Shown in pieces: positions 27,227 to 41,759 of a DNA stretch of 64,000 bases. Positions within the stretch are counted from its first letter, which is position 1. Each line of letters opens with the position of its first letter. The position numbers and the translations under genes are program-made. The notes beneath the pieces were generated by a model, which was not told where the DNA came from, did no database searches, and worked only from the letters and a program-made list of their open reading frames with translations. The stretch is from Eledone cirrhosa (Eukaryota): positions 262,570,001 to 262,634,000 of the forward strand of contig OZ024741.1 in the NCBI GenBank assembly GCA_964016885.1, written 5' to 3'.

Positions 27227-30200
27227 GTTTCGCTTTACGAGTGTTTCGACTTACGAGTGTTTCGACATACGAGTGTTTCGACTTACGAATGTTTTTGCTT
27301 ACGGGTGTTTCGACTTACGAATGTTTTTGCTTACGAGTGTTTCGGTTTACGAGTGTTCCGACTTACGAGTGTTCCGACTTACGAGTGTTTCGGCTTACGA
27401 GTGTTTCCGGCTTACGAGTGTTTCGACTTACTAATGTTTTTACTTACGAGTGTTTCGGCGTACGAGTGTTTCGGCTTACGAGTGTTTCGACTTACGAGTG
27501 TTTCGGCTTGCGAGTGTTTCAACTTACTAATGTTTTTACTTACGAGTGTTTCGGCGTACGAGTGTTTCGACTTACGAGTGTTTCGACTTACGGGTGTTTT
27601 GACTTACGGGTGTTTCGGCTTACGAGTGTTTCGACTTACGAGTGTTTTGACTTAAGGGTGTTTCGACTTACGAGTGTTTCGACTTACGAGTGTTTCGACT
27701 TACGAGTGTTTCGGATTACGAATGTTTTGACTTGAGGGTTTTCGACTTACGAGTGTGTCGATACGAGTGTTTCGACTTACGAGTGTTCTGACTTACGAGT
27801 GTTCTGATTTACGGATGTTTCGACACACGAGTGTTTCGAATTACGAGTGTTTCGACTTACGAGTGTTTCGACTTACGAGTGTTCCGACTTACGGGTGTTT
27901 CGACTTACGAGTGTTTTGGCTTACGGTGTTTCGGCTTACGAGTGTTTCGAGTTACGAGTGTTTTGACTTACGCGTGTTTTGACATACGAGTGTTTCGATA
28001 CGAGTGTTCTGACTTACGAGTGTTCTGACTTACGAGTGTTCTGACTTACGAGTGTTCTGACTTACGAGTGTTCTGACTTACGGGTGTTCTGACTTACGAG
28101 TGTTCCGACTTACGAGTGTTTCGGCTTATGAGTGTTTCGGCTTACGAGCGTTTCGACTACGAGTGTTTCGACTTACGAATGTTTTTGCTTACGAGTGTTT
28201 CGACTTACGAATGTTTTTGCTTACGAATGTTTTTGCTTACGAGTGTTCTGACTTACGAGTGTTTTGGTTTACGTGTGTTTCGACTTACGAATGTTTCGGC
28301 TTACGAGTGTTTCGGCTACGGATGTTCCGACTTACGAGTATTTTCGGCTTACGAGTGTTTTGACTTACGATTGTTTTGACTTACGATTGTTTTGACTTAC
28401 GAGTGTTTCGACTTACGAGTGTTTCGATTTACGAGTGTTTTGACTTTCGGGTGTTTCGACTTACGAGTGTTTTGGTTTACGTGTGTTTCGACTTACGAGT
28501 GTTTTGACTTACGATTGTTTCGGCTTACGAGTGTTTCGACTTACGAGTGTTTCGGCTTACGAGTGTTTCGGCTTATGAGTGTTTTGACTTAAGGGTGTTT
28601 CGACGAGTGTTTCGATACGAGTGTTTCGACTTACGGGTGTGCTGACTTACGAGTGTTCTGATTTACGGATGTTTCGAATTATGAGTGTTTCGACTACGAG
28701 TGTTTCGACTTACGAGTGTTTCGACTACGAGTGTTTCGACTTACGAGTGTTCTGACTTACGAGTGTTCTGACTTACGGGTGTTCTGACTTACGAGTGTTC
28801 CGACTTACGAGTGTTTCGGCTTATGAGTGTTTCGGCTTACGAGCGTTTCGACTACGAGTGTTTCGACCTACGAATGTTTTTGCTTACGAGTGTTTCGACT
28901 TACGAATGTTTTTGCTTACGAGTGTTTCGGCTTACAAGTGTTTCGACTTACAAGTGTTTCGAATTACGAGTGTTTTGACTTACGGTGTTTCGGCTTACGA
29001 GTGTTTCGACATACGAGTGTTTTGACTTACCGGTGTTTCGACTTACGGATGTTTCGACTTACGGGTGTTTCGACTCACGAGTGTTTCTACTTACGAGTGT
29101 TTCGACTTACGAGTGTTCCGACTTACGAGTGTTTTGACTTACGAGTGTTCCGACTTACGAGTGTTTCGGCTTACGAGTGTTTCGGCTCACGAGTGTTTCA
29201 ACTTACGAGTGTTTTCAATTACGAATGTTTTGCCTTACGGGTGTTTCGGTTTACGGGTGTTTTGACTTACGAGTGTTCTGACTTACGAGTGTTCCGGCTT
29301 ACGAGTGTTTCGGCTTACGAGTGTTTCGACTCACGAGTGTTCCGACCTACGAGTGTTTCGGCTACGGATGTTCCGACTTACGAGTATTTTCGACTTACGA
29401 GTGTTTTGACTTACGATTGTTTTGACTTACGGGTATTTCGGCTTACGAGTGTTTCGACTTACGAGTGTTTCGACGTACGAGTGTTTTGACTTGCGGGTGT
29501 TTCGACTTACGAGTGTTTTGGTTTACGTGTGTTTCGACTTACGAATGTTTCGGCTTACGAGTGTTTCGACTTACGAGTGTTCCGACCTACGAGTGTTTCG
29601 GCTACGGATGTTCCGACTTACGAGTATTTTCGGCTTACGAGTGTTTTGACTTACGATTGTTTTGACGTACGATTGTTTCGGCTTACGAGTGTTTCGACTT
29701 ACGAGTGTTTCGATTTACGAGTGTTTTGACTTAAGAATGTTTTGACTTACGGGTGTTTCGGCTTATGAGTGTTTCGACTTACGAGTGTTTTGACTTACGG
29801 GTGTTTCGACGTACGAGTGTTTTGGTTTACGTGTGTTTCGACTTACGAATGTTTCGGCTTACGAGTGTTTCGACTTACGAGTGTTTCGGCTTACGAGTGT
29901 TTCGGCTTACGAGTGTTTTGACTTAAGGGTGTTTCGACGAGTGTTTCGATACGAGTGTTTCGACTTACGGGTGTTCTGACTTACGAGTGTTCTGATTTAC
30001 GGATGTTTCGACTTATGAGTGTTTCGACTACGAGTGTTTCGACTTACGAGTGTTTCGACTACGAGTGTTTCGACTTACGAGTGTTCTGACTTACGAGTGT
30101 TCTGATTTACGGATGTTTCGACTTATGAGTGTTTCGACTACGAGTGTTTCGACTTACGAGTGTTTCGACTACGAGTGTTTCGACTTACGAGTGTTTCGGC

Positions 30201-30587
30201 TTACGAGTGTTTCCGGCTTACGAGTGTTTCGACTTACGAGTGTTTTGACTTACGGTGTTTCGGCTTACGAGTGATTAGACTTACGAGTGTTTTGACTTAC
30301 GGGTGTTTTGACTTACGGGTGTTGTGAATTACGAGTGTTCCGATTTACGAGTGTTTTGACTTACGGTGTTTCGGCTTACAAGTGATTCGACTTACGAATG
30401 TTTTGACTTACGGGTGTTTCGGCTTGCGAGTGTTTCGAGTTACGAGTGTTTTGACTTACGCGTGTTTTGACATACGAGTGTTTCGATACGAGTGTTCTGA
30501 CTTACGAGTGTTCTGACTTACGAGTGTTCCGACTTTACGAGTGTTTCGGCTCACGAGTGTTTCGGCTTACGAGTGTTTCGACTTACG

Positions 30588-30657
30588 AAAATAACAAATA
30601 GACGCGGTTTCAAATCTCTATGCTTTTCAAATTCATTACATTAATCTTTATTTATAC
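30588..30657 (+). repeat. 70-bp element, copy 19 (type A)
   Basis: Consensus; duplicate of copy 18 at +3431. Confidence 0.95.
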
Positions 30658-33600
30658 GTTTCGCTTTACGAGTGTTTCGACTTACGAGTGTTTCGACATA
30701 CGAGTGTTTCGACTTACGAATGTTTTTGCTTACGGGTGTTTCGACTTACGAATGTTTTTGCTTACGAGTGTTTCGGTTTACGAGTGTTCCGACTTACGAG
30801 TGTTCCGACTTACGAGTGTTTCGGCTTACGAGTGTTTCCGGCTTACGAGTGTTTCGACTTACTAATGTTTTTACTTACGAGTGTTTCGGCGTACGAGTGT
30901 TTCGGCTTACGAGTGTTTCGACTTACGAGTGTTTCGGCTTGCGAGTGTTTCAACTTACTAATGTTTTTACTTACGAGTGTTTCGGCGTACGAGTGTTTCG
31001 ACTTACGAGTGTTTCGACTTACGGGTGTTTTGACTTACGGGTGTTTCGGCTTACGAGTGTTTCGACTTACGAGTGTTTTGACTTAAGGGTGTTTCGACTT
31101 ACGAGTGTTTCGACTTACGAGTGTTTCGACTTACGAGTGTTTCGGATTACGAATGTTTTGACTTGAGGGTTTTCGACTTACGAGTGTGTCGATACGAGTG
31201 TTTCGACTTACGAGTGTTCTGACTTACGAGTGTTCTGATTTACGGATGTTTCGACACACGAGTGTTTCGAATTACGAGTGTTTCGACTTACGAGTGTTTC
31301 GACTTACGAGTGTTCCGACTTACGGGTGTTTCGACTTACGAGTGTTTTGGCTTACGGTGTTTCGGCTTACGAGTGTTTCGAGTTACGAGTGTTTTGACTT
31401 ACGCGTGTTTTGACATACGAGTGTTTCGATACGAGTGTTCTGACTTACGAGTGTTCTGACTTACGAGTGTTCTGACTTACGAGTGTTCTGACTTACGAGT
31501 GTTCTGACTTACGGGTGTTCTGACTTACGAGTGTTCCGACTTACGAGTGTTTCGGCTTATGAGTGTTTCGGCTTACGAGCGTTTCGACTACGAGTGTTTC
31601 GACTTACGAATGTTTTTGCTTACGAGTGTTTCGACTTACGAATGTTTTTGCTTACGAATGTTTTTGCTTACGAGTGTTCTGACTTACGAGTGTTTTGGTT
31701 TACGTGTGTTTCGACTTACGAATGTTTCGGCTTACGAGTGTTTCGGCTACGGATGTTCCGACTTACGAGTATTTTCGGCTTACGAGTGTTTTGACTTACG
31801 ATTGTTTTGACTTACGATTGTTTTGACTTACGAGTGTTTCGACTTACGAGTGTTTCGATTTACGAGTGTTTTGACTTTCGGGTGTTTCGACTTACGAGTG
31901 TTTTGGTTTACGTGTGTTTCGACTTACGAGTGTTTTGACTTACGATTGTTTCGGCTTACGAGTGTTTCGACTTACGAGTGTTTCGGCTTACGAGTGTTTC
32001 GGCTTATGAGTGTTTTGACTTAAGGGTGTTTCGACGAGTGTTTCGATACGAGTGTTTCGACTTACGGGTGTGCTGACTTACGAGTGTTCTGATTTACGGA
32101 TGTTTCGAATTATGAGTGTTTCGACTACGAGTGTTTCGACTTACGAGTGTTTCGACTACGAGTGTTTCGACTTACGAGTGTTCTGACTTACGAGTGTTCT
32201 GACTTACGGGTGTTCTGACTTACGAGTGTTCCGACTTACGAGTGTTTCGGCTTATGAGTGTTTCGGCTTACGAGCGTTTCGACTACGAGTGTTTCGACCT
32301 ACGAATGTTTTTGCTTACGAGTGTTTCGACTTACGAATGTTTTTGCTTACGAGTGTTTCGGCTTACAAGTGTTTCGACTTACAAGTGTTTCGAATTACGA
32401 GTGTTTTGACTTACGGTGTTTCGGCTTACGAGTGTTTCGACATACGAGTGTTTTGACTTACCGGTGTTTCGACTTACGGATGTTTCGACTTACGGGTGTT
32501 TCGACTCACGAGTGTTTCTACTTACGAGTGTTTCGACTTACGAGTGTTCCGACTTACGAGTGTTTTGACTTACGAGTGTTCCGACTTACGAGTGTTTCGG
32601 CTTACGAGTGTTTCGGCTCACGAGTGTTTCAACTTACGAGTGTTTTCAATTACGAATGTTTTGCCTTACGGGTGTTTCGGTTTACGGGTGTTTTGACTTA
32701 CGAGTGTTCTGACTTACGAGTGTTCCGGCTTACGAGTGTTTCGGCTTACGAGTGTTTCGACTCACGAGTGTTCCGACCTACGAGTGTTTCGGCTACGGAT
32801 GTTCCGACTTACGAGTATTTTCGACTTACGAGTGTTTTGACTTACGATTGTTTTGACTTACGGGTATTTCGGCTTACGAGTGTTTCGACTTACGAGTGTT
32901 TCGACGTACGAGTGTTTTGACTTGCGGGTGTTTCGACTTACGAGTGTTTTGGTTTACGTGTGTTTCGACTTACGAATGTTTCGGCTTACGAGTGTTTCGA
33001 CTTACGAGTGTTCCGACCTACGAGTGTTTCGGCTACGGATGTTCCGACTTACGAGTATTTTCGGCTTACGAGTGTTTTGACTTACGATTGTTTTGACGTA
33101 CGATTGTTTCGGCTTACGAGTGTTTCGACTTACGAGTGTTTCGATTTACGAGTGTTTTGACTTAAGAATGTTTTGACTTACGGGTGTTTCGGCTTATGAG
33201 TGTTTCGACTTACGAGTGTTTTGACTTACGGGTGTTTCGACGTACGAGTGTTTTGGTTTACGTGTGTTTCGACTTACGAATGTTTCGGCTTACGAGTGTT
33301 TCGACTTACGAGTGTTTCGGCTTACGAGTGTTTCGGCTTACGAGTGTTTTGACTTAAGGGTGTTTCGACGAGTGTTTCGATACGAGTGTTTCGACTTACG
33401 GGTGTTCTGACTTACGAGTGTTCTGATTTACGGATGTTTCGACTTATGAGTGTTTCGACTACGAGTGTTTCGACTTACGAGTGTTTCGACTACGAGTGTT
33501 TCGACTTACGAGTGTTCTGACTTACGAGTGTTCTGATTTACGGATGTTTCGACTTATGAGTGTTTCGACTACGAGTGTTTCGACTTACGAGTGTTTCGAC

Positions 33601-34046
33601 TACGAGTGTTTCGACTTACGAGTGTTCTGACTTACGAGTGTTTCGACTTACGAGTGTTCTGACTTACGAGTGTTCTGATTTACGGATGTTTCGACTTATG
33701 AGTGTTTCGACTACGAGTGTTTCGACTTACGAGTGTTTCGACTACGAGTGTTTCGGCTTACGAGTGTTTCTTCTTACGAGTGTTTCGACTTACAAGTGTT
33801 CCGACTTACGAGTGTTTCGACTTACGAGTGTTTTGACTTACGGTGTTTCGGCTTACGAATGTTTTGACTTACGAGTGTTTTGACTTACGGGTGTTTTGAC
33901 ATACGAGTGTTTCGATACGAGTGTTCTGACTTATGAGTGTTCTGACTTACGAGTGTTCTGACTTACGAGTGTTCTGACTTACGAGTGTTCCGACTTACGA
34001 GTGTTTCGGCTCACGAGTGTTTCGGCTTACGAGTGTTTCGACTACG

Positions 34047-34116
34047 AAAATAACAAATAGACGCGGTTTCAAATCTCTATGCTTTTCAAGTTCATTACAT
34101 TAATCTTTATTTATAC
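34047..34116 (+). repeat. 70-bp element, copy 20 (type E)
   Basis: CAAGTTC allele, preceded by GACTACG as in copy 1. Confidence 0.95.
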
Positions 34117-35909
34117 GTTTCGCTTTACGAATGTTTCGACTTACGAGTGTTTCGACTTACGAGTGTTTCGGCTTACGAGTGTTTCGGCTCACGAGTGTTT
34201 CGACTTAAGAGTGTTTCGACTAAACGAGTGTTTCGACTTACGAGTGCTTTTGCCATACGGGTGTTTCGGTTTACGAGTGTTTCGACTTACGAGTGTTCTG
34301 ACTTACGAGTGTTCCGACTTACGAGTGTTTCGACTTACGAGTGTTTCGACTTACGAGTGTTCCGACCTACGAGTGTTTCGGCTTACGGGTGTTCCGACCT
34401 ACGAGTGTTTCGACTTACGAATGTTTTTGCTTACGAGTGTTTCGACTTACGAATGTTTTTGCTTACGAGTGTTTCGGCTTACGAGTGTTTCGACTTACAA
34501 GTGTTTCGACTTACGAGTGTTTTGACTTACGGTGTTTCGGCTTACGAGTGTTTCGACATACGAGTGTTTTGACTTACCGGTGTTTCGACGTACGGATGTT
34601 TCGACTTACGGGTGTTTCGACTCACGAGTGTTTCTACTTACGAGTGTTTCGACTTACGAGTGTTCCGACTTACGAGTGTTTTGACTTACGAGTGTTCCGA
34701 CTTACGAGTGTTTCGGCTTACGAGTGTTTCGGCTCACGAGTGTTTCAACTTACGAGTGTTTTGAATTACGAATGTTTTGCCTTACGGGTGTTTCGGTTTA
34801 CGGGTGTTTTGACTTACGAGTGTTCTGACTTACGAGTGTTCCGGCTTACGAGTGTTTCGGCTTACGAGTGTTTCGACTCACGAGTGTTCCGACCTACGAG
34901 TGTTTCGGCTACGGATGTTCCGACTTACGAGTATTTTCGACTTACGAATGTTTTGACTTACGATTGTTTTGACTTACGTGTATTTCGGCTTACGAGTGTT
35001 TCGACTTACGAGTGTTTCGACGTACGAGTGTTTTGACTTGCGGGTGTTTCGACTTACGAGTGTTTTGGTTTACGTGTGTTTCGACTTACGAATGTTTCGG
35101 CTTACGAGTGTTTCGACTTACGAGTGTTCCGACCTACGAGTGTTTCGGCTACGGATGTTCCGACTTACGAGTATTTTCGGCTTACGAGTGTTTTGACTTA
35201 CGATTGTTTTGACGTACGATTGTTTCGGCTTACGAGTGTTTCGACTTACGAGAGTTTCGATTTACGAGTGTTTTGACTTAAGAATGTTTTGACTTACGGG
35301 TGTTTCGGCTTATGAGTGTTTCGACTTACGAGTGTTTTGACTTACGGGTGTTTCGACTTACGAGTGTTTTGGTTTACGTGTGTTTCGACTTACGAATGTT
35401 TCGACTTACGAATGTTTCGGCTTACGAGTGTTTCGTCTTATGAGTGTTTTGACTTAAGGGTGTTTCGACGAGTGTTTCGATACGAGTGTTTCGACTTACG
35501 GGTGTTCTGACTTACGAGTGTTCTGATTTACGGATGTTTCGAATTATGAGTGTTTCGACTACGAGTGTTTCGACTTACGAGTGTTTCGACTACGAGTGTT
35601 TCGACTTACGAGTGTTCTGACTTACGAGTGTTCTGACTTACGGGTGTTCTGACTTACGAGTGTTCCGACTTACGAGTGTTTCGGCTTACGAGTGTTTCGG
35701 CTTACGAGCGTTTCGACTACGAGTGTTTCGACTTACGAATGTTTTTGCTAACGAGTGTTTCGACTTACGAATGTTTTTGCTTACGAGTGTTTCGGCTTAC
35801 GAGTGTTTCGACTTACAAGTGTTTCGAATTACGAGTGTTTCGACTTACGGGTGTTTCGACTTACGAGAGTTTCGACTTACGAGTGTTCTGACTTACGAGT
35901 GTTCTGACT

Positions 35910-38900
35910 TACGAGTGTTCCGACTTGGGAGTGTTTCGGCTTACGAGTGTTTCGACATGCGAGTTTTTTTACTTACGAGTGTTTTGGTTTACGTGTGTTT
36001 CGACTTACGAGTGTTTCGACTTACGAGTGTTTCGACGTACGAGTGTTTTGACTTGCGGGTGTTTCGACTTACGAGTGTTTTGTTTTACGTGTGTTTCGAC
36101 TTACGAATGTTTCGGCTTACGAGTGTTTCGACTTACGAGTGTTCTGACTTACGAGTGTTCTGACTTACGAGTGTTCCGACTTACGAGTGTTTCGGCTTAC
36201 GAGTGTTTCGGCTTACGAGTGTTTTGACTTACGATTGTTTTGACTTACGGGTATTTCGGCTTACGAGTGTTTCGACTTACGAGTGTTTCGACTTACGAGT
36301 GTTTTGACTTACGGGTGTTTCGACTTACGAGTGTTTTGGTTTACGTGTGTTTCGACTTACGAATGTTTCGGCTTACGAGTGTTTCGACTTACGAGTGTTT
36401 TGACTTACGGGTGTTTCGACTTACGAGTGTTTTGGTTTACGTGTGTTTCGACTTACGAATGTTTCGACTTACGAGTGTTTCGGCTTACGAGTGTTTCGTC
36501 TTATGAGTGTTTTGACTTAAGGGTGTTTCGACGAGTGTTTCGATACGAGTGTTTCGACTTACGGGTGTTCTGACTTACGAGTGTTCTGATTTACGGATGT
36601 TTCGAATTATGAGTGTTTCGACTACGAGTGTTTCGACTTACGAGTGTTTCGACTACGAGTGTTTCGACTTACGAGTGTTCTGACTTACGAGTGTTCTGAC
36701 TTACGGGTGTTCTGACTTACGAGTGTTCCGACTTACGAGTGTTTCGGCTTATGAGTGTTTTGGTTTACGTGTGTTTCGACTTACGAATGTTTCGGCTTAC
36801 GAGTGTTTCGACTTACGAGTGTTTAAACTTACGAGTGTTTTGACTTACGGGTGTTTCGACTTACGAGTGTTTTGGCGTACGAGTGTTTCGACTTACGAGT
36901 ATTTCGACTTACGGGTGTTTTGACTTACGGGTGTTTCGGCTTACGAGTGTTTCGACTTACGAGTGTTTTGACTTAAGGGTGTTTCGACTTACGAGTGTTT
37001 CGACTTACGAGTGTTCCGACTTACGGGTGTTTTGACTTACGTGTGTTTTGACATACGAGTGTTTCGACTTACGAGTGTTTTGACTTACGTGTGTTTTGAC
37101 ATACGAGTGTTTCGATACGAGTGTTTCGACTTACGAGTGTTCTGACTTACGATTGTTCTGACTTACGAGCGTTCTGACTTACGAGTGTTTCGGCTTACGA
37201 GTGTTTCGGCTTACGAGTGTTTCGACTTACGAGTGTTTCGACTTACGAGTGTTCCGACTTACGGGTGATTCGACTTACGAGTGTTTTGGCTTACGGTGTT
37301 TCGACTTACGAGTGTTTCGAGTTAAGAGTGTTTTGACTTACGCGTGTTTTGACATACGAGTGTTCTGACTTACGAGTGTTCTGACTTACGAGTGTTCTGA
37401 CTTACGAGTGTTCTGATTTACGGATGTTTCGAATTATGAGTGTTTCGACTACGAGTGTTTCGACTTACGAGTGTTTCGACTACGAGTGTTTCGACTTACG
37501 AGTGTTCTGTCTTACGAGTGTTCTGACTTACGGGTGTTCTGACTTACGAGTGTTCCGACTTACGAGTGTTTCGGCTTATGAGTGTTTCGGCTTACGAGCG
37601 TTTCGACTACGAGTGTTTCGACTTACGAATGTTTTTGCTTACGAGTGTTTCGACTTACGAATGTTTTTGCTTACGAATGTTTTTGCTTACGAGTGTTCTG
37701 ACTTACGAGTGTTTTGACTTACGAGTGTTCCGACTTACGAGTGTTTTGGTTTACGTGTGTTTCGACTTACGAATGTTTCGGCTTACGAGTGTTTCGACTT
37801 ACGAGTGTTCCGACCTACGAGTGTTTCGGATACGGATGTTCCGACTTACGAGTATTTTCGGCTTACGAGTGTTTTTTGACTTACGATTGTTTTGACTTAC
37901 GATTGTTTCGGCTTACGAGTGTTTCGACTTACGAGTGTTTCGATTTACGAGTGTTTTGACTTACGGGTGTTTCGACTTACGAGTGTTTTGGTTTACGTGT
38001 GTTTCGACTTACGAATGTTTCGGCTTACGAGTGTTTCGACTTACGAGTGTTTCGACTTACGGTTGTTCTGACTTACGGGTATTCCGACTTACGAGTGATT
38101 TGGCATACGAGTGTTTCGACTTACGAGTGTTTTCGGCTTACGAGTGTTTCGACTTACGAGTGTTTTGACTTACGATTGTTTCGGATTACGAGTGTTTCGA
38201 CTTACGAGTGTTTCGGCTTACGAGTGTTTTGACTTAAGGGTGTTTCGACGAGTGTTTCGATACGAGTGTTTCGACTTACGGGTGTTCTGACTTACGAGTG
38301 TTCTGATTTACGGATGTTTCGAATTATGAGTGTTTCGACTACGAGTGTTCCGACTTGGGAGTGTTTCGGCTTACGAGTGTTTCGACATGCGAGTTTTTTT
38401 ACTTACGAGTGTTTTGGTTTACGTGTGTTTCGACTTACGAGTGTTTCGACTTACGAGTGTTTCGACGTACGAGTGTTTTGACTTGCGGGTGTTTCGACTT
38501 ACGAGTGTTTTGTTTTACGTGTGTTTCGACTTACGAATGTTTCGGCTTACGAGTGTTTCGACTTACGAGTGTTCTGACTTACGAGTGTTCTGACTTACGA
38601 GTGTTCCGACTTACGAGTGTTTCGGCTTACGAGTGTTTCGGCTTACGAGTGTTTTGACTTACGATTGTTTTGACTTACGGGTATTTCGGCTTACGAGTGT
38701 TTCGACTTACGAGTGTTTCGACTTACGAGTGTTTTGACTTACGGGTGTTTCGACTTACGAGTGTTTTGGTTTACGTGTGTTTCGACTTACGAATGTTTCG
38801 GCTTACGAGTGTTTCGACTTACGAGTGTTTTGACTTACGGGTGTTTCGACTTACGAGTGTTTTGGTTTACGTGTGTTTCGACTTACGAATGTTTCGACTT

Positions 38901-40540
38901 ACGAGTGTTTCGGCTTACGAGTGTTTCGTCTTATGAGTGTTTTGACTTAAGGGTGTTTCGACGAGTGCTTCGATACGAGTGTTTCGACTTACGGGTGTTC
39001 TGACTTACGAGTGTTCTGATTTACGGATGTTTCGAATTATGAGTGTTTCGACTACGAGTGTTTCGACTTACGAGTGTTTCGACTACGAGTGTTTCGACTT
39101 ACGAGTGTTCTGACTTACGAGTGTTCTGACTTACGGGTGTTCTGACTTACGAGTGTTCCGACTTACGAGTGTTTCGGCTTATGAGTGTTTTGGTTTACGT
39201 GTGTTTCGACTTACGAATGTTTCGGCTTACGAGTGTTTCGACTTACGAGTGTTTAAACTTACGAGTGTTTTGACTTACGGGTGTTTCGACTTACGAGTGT
39301 TTTGGCGTACGAGTGTTTCGACTTACGAGTATTTCGACTTACGGGTGTTTTGACTTACGGGTGTTTCGGCTTACGAGTGTTTCGACTTACGAGTGTTTTG
39401 ACTTAAGGGTGTTTCGACTTACGAGTGTTTCGACTTACGAGTGTTCCGACTTACGGGTGTTTTGACTTACGTGTGTTTTGACATACGAGTGTTTCGACTT
39501 ACGAGTGTTTTGACTTACGTGTGTTTTGACATACGAGTGTTTCGATACGAGTGTTTCGACTTACGAGTGTTCTGACTTACGATTGTTCTGACTTACGAGC
39601 GTTCTGACTTACGAGTGTTTCGGCTTACGAGTGTTTCGGCTTACGAGTGTTTCGACTTACGAGTGTTTCGACTTACGAGTGTTCCGACTTACGGGTGATT
39701 CGACTTACGAGTGTTTTGGCTTACGGTGTTTCGACTTACGAGTGTTTCGAGTTAAGAGTGTTTTGACTTACGCGTGTTTTGACATACGAGTGTTCTGACT
39801 TACGAGTGTTCTGACTTACGAGTGTTCTGACTTACGAGTGTTCTGATTTACGGATGTTTCGAATTATGAGTGTTTCGACTACGAGTGTTTCGACTTACGA
39901 GTGTTTCGACTACGATTGTTTCGACTTACGAGTGTTCTGTCTTACGAGTGTTCTGACTTACGGGTGTTCTGACTTACGAGTGTTCCGACTTACGAGTGTT
40001 TCGACTTATGAGTGTTTCGGCTTACGAGCGTTTCGACTACGAGTGTTTCGACTTACGAATGTTTTTGCTTACGAGTGTTTCGACTTACGAATGTTTTTGC
40101 TTACGAATGTTTTTGCTTACGAGTGTTCTGACTTACGAGTGTTTTGACTTACGAGTGTTCCGACTTACGAGTGTTTTGGTTTACGTGTGTTTCGACTTAC
40201 GAATGTTTCGGCTTACGAGTGTTTCGACTTACGAGTGTTCCGACCTACGAGTGTTTCGGCTACGGATGTTCCGACTTACGAGTATTTTCGGCTTACGAGT
40301 GTTTTGACTTACGATTGTTTTGACTTACGATTGTTTCGGCTTACGAGTGTTTCGACTTACGAGTGTTTCGATTTACGAGTGTTTTGACTTACGGGTGTTT
40401 CGACTTACGAGTGTTTTGATTTACGTGTGTTTCGACTTACGAATGTTTCGGCTTACGAGTGTTTCGACTTACGAGTGTTTCGACTTACGGTTGTTCTGAC
40501 TTACGGGTATTCCGACTTACGAGTGATTTGGCATACGAGT
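35910..40540. repeat. Tandem duplication, period about 2430 bp, element-free
   Basis: ORF pairs 35925/38355, 36240/38670, 36723/39153 and 37424/39854 at +2430; private GACTTGGGA and GGGTGATTCG variants in both copies. Confidence 0.88.
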
Positions 40541-40824
40541 GTTTCGTCTTACGAGTGTTTTTGGCTTACGAGTGTTTCGACTTACGAGTGTTTCGACTTA
40601 CGAGTGTTTTGGTTTACGGTGTTTCGGCTTACGAGTGTTTCGAGTTACGAGTGTTTTGACTTACGCGTGTTTTGACATACGAGTGTTTCGATACGAGTGT
40701 TCTGACTTACGAGTGTTCTGACTTACGAGTGTTCTGACTTACGAGTGTTCTGACTTACGAGTGTTCCGACTTTACGAGTGTTTCGGCTCACGAGTGTTTC
40801 GGCTTACGAGTGTTTCGACTTACG

Positions 40825-40894
40825 AAAATAACAAATAGACGCGGTTTCAAATCTCTATGCTTTTCAAATTCATTACATTAATCTTTATTTATAC
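40825..40894 (+). repeat. 70-bp element, copy 21 (type B)
   Basis: Consensus; GTGTTAAGGTTT downstream. Confidence 0.95.
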
Positions 40895-41689
40895 GTTTCG
40901 CTTTACGAGTGTTTCGACTTACGAGTGTTTCGACATACGAGTGTTAAGGTTTACGAGTGTTTTGATTTACGAGTGTTTTGACTTACGGGTGCTTCGACTT
41001 ACGCGTGTTTCGACTTACGAGTGTTTCGACTTACGAGTGTTTCGACTTACGAGTGTTTCGGCTTACGAGTGTTTTGACTTAAGGGTGTTTCGACTTACGA
41101 GTGTTCTGATTTACGGATGTTTCGACGTACGAGTGTCTCGACTTACGAGTGTTTCGACTTACGAGTGTTTCGGCTTACGAGTGTTTCGACTTACGAGTGT
41201 TTCGACTTACGAGTGTTCTGATTTACGGATGTTTCGACATACGAGTGTTTCGACTTACGAGTGTTTCGACTTACGAGTGTTTTTACTTACGTGTGTTTTG
41301 ACATACGAGTGTTTCGATACGAGTGTTTCGACTTACGAGTGTTCTGACTTACGATTGTTCTGACTTACGAGCGTTCTGACTTACGAGTGTTTCGGCTTAC
41401 GAGTGTTTCGGCTTACGAGTGTTTCGACTTACGAGTGTTTCGACTTACGAGTGTTCCGACTTACGGGTGTTTCGACTTACGAGTGTTTTGGCTTACGGTG
41501 TTTCGACTTACGAGTGTTTCGAGTTAAGAGTGTTTTGACTTACGCGTGTTTTGACATACGAGTGTTCTGACTTACGAGTGTTCTGACTTACGAGTGTTCT
41601 GACTTACGAGTGTTCTGACTTACGAGTGTTCCGACTTTACGAGTGTTTCGGCTCACGAATGTTTCGGCTTACGAGTGTTTCGACTTACG

Positions 41690-41759
41690 AAAATAACAAT
41701 TAGACGCGGTTTCAAATCTCTATGCTTTTCAAATCCATTACATTAATCTTTATTTATAC
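41690..41759 (+). repeat. 70-bp element, copy 22 (type C)
   Basis: AACAATTAG allele plus a private AAATCCATT change. Confidence 0.95.

Larger units (their letters stand above)
26745..33610. repeat. Near-perfect tandem duplication, period 3431 bp
   Basis: ORF pairs 27241/30672, 27755/31186, 28827/32258 and 29529/32960 are identical at +3431; shared private variants GTGTGTCGATAC, GACACACG, GTGTGCTGAC. Confidence 0.9.
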
